From positions 23,684,001-23,748,000 of the forward strand of contig NC_043008.1 in NCBI RefSeq assembly GCF_006345805.1: 64,000 nt of DNA. Reading direction: 5' to 3'. The notes under the pieces are model-generated. The model searched no databases. It worked only from the letters and a program-made list of their open reading frames with translations, and had not been told where the DNA came from. This DNA comes from Octopus sinensis (taxonomy: Eukaryota). This document shows, piece by piece, positions 63,974 to 64,000 of the stretch (the first letter of the stretch is position 1; every line of letters starts with the position of its first letter). The position numbers were made by a program, and so were the translations under genes.

Positions 63974-64000
63974 TACATACATACACATATATACATATAT

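Overview
AT-rich, microsatellite-dense eukaryotic DNA in which I can find no host gene. The SINE/LINE repertoire and (TA)n/(CATA)n/(TAGA)n density point to a coleoid cephalopod, most likely Octopus (inference). The window is a mosaic of mobile DNA: about 11 copies of one tRNA-headed SINE plus other SINE families; RTE, CR1/L2-like, R4-like, Tx1-like and HERO-like LINE relics; Gypsy relics; a Helitron derivative; two TIR+TSD-bounded hAT elements; four mariner copies; and two Neptune-type Penelope-like elements (PLEs), one with an uninterrupted RT + GIY-YIG frame. Most ORFs in the supplied track are artefacts of microsatellites. The main signal no ORF explains is non-coding: at least 12 type I hammerhead ribozyme (HHR)-like motifs from several sequence families. 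Two are fully canonical (30993-31080 minus, 61324-61430 minus). Many sit between inverted repeats and next to (TA)n tracts, one pair is in a 564-nt tandem (retrozyme-like), one lies downstream of a tRNA-derived Pol III head, and both Neptune PLEs carry a UUGAAAA (U3-A8 compensatory) core variant with covarying stems. HHRs in PLEs and animal retrozymes are known in general; whether these particular families and variants are described cannot be checked from the sequence. All structures were folded by eye and none is tested.
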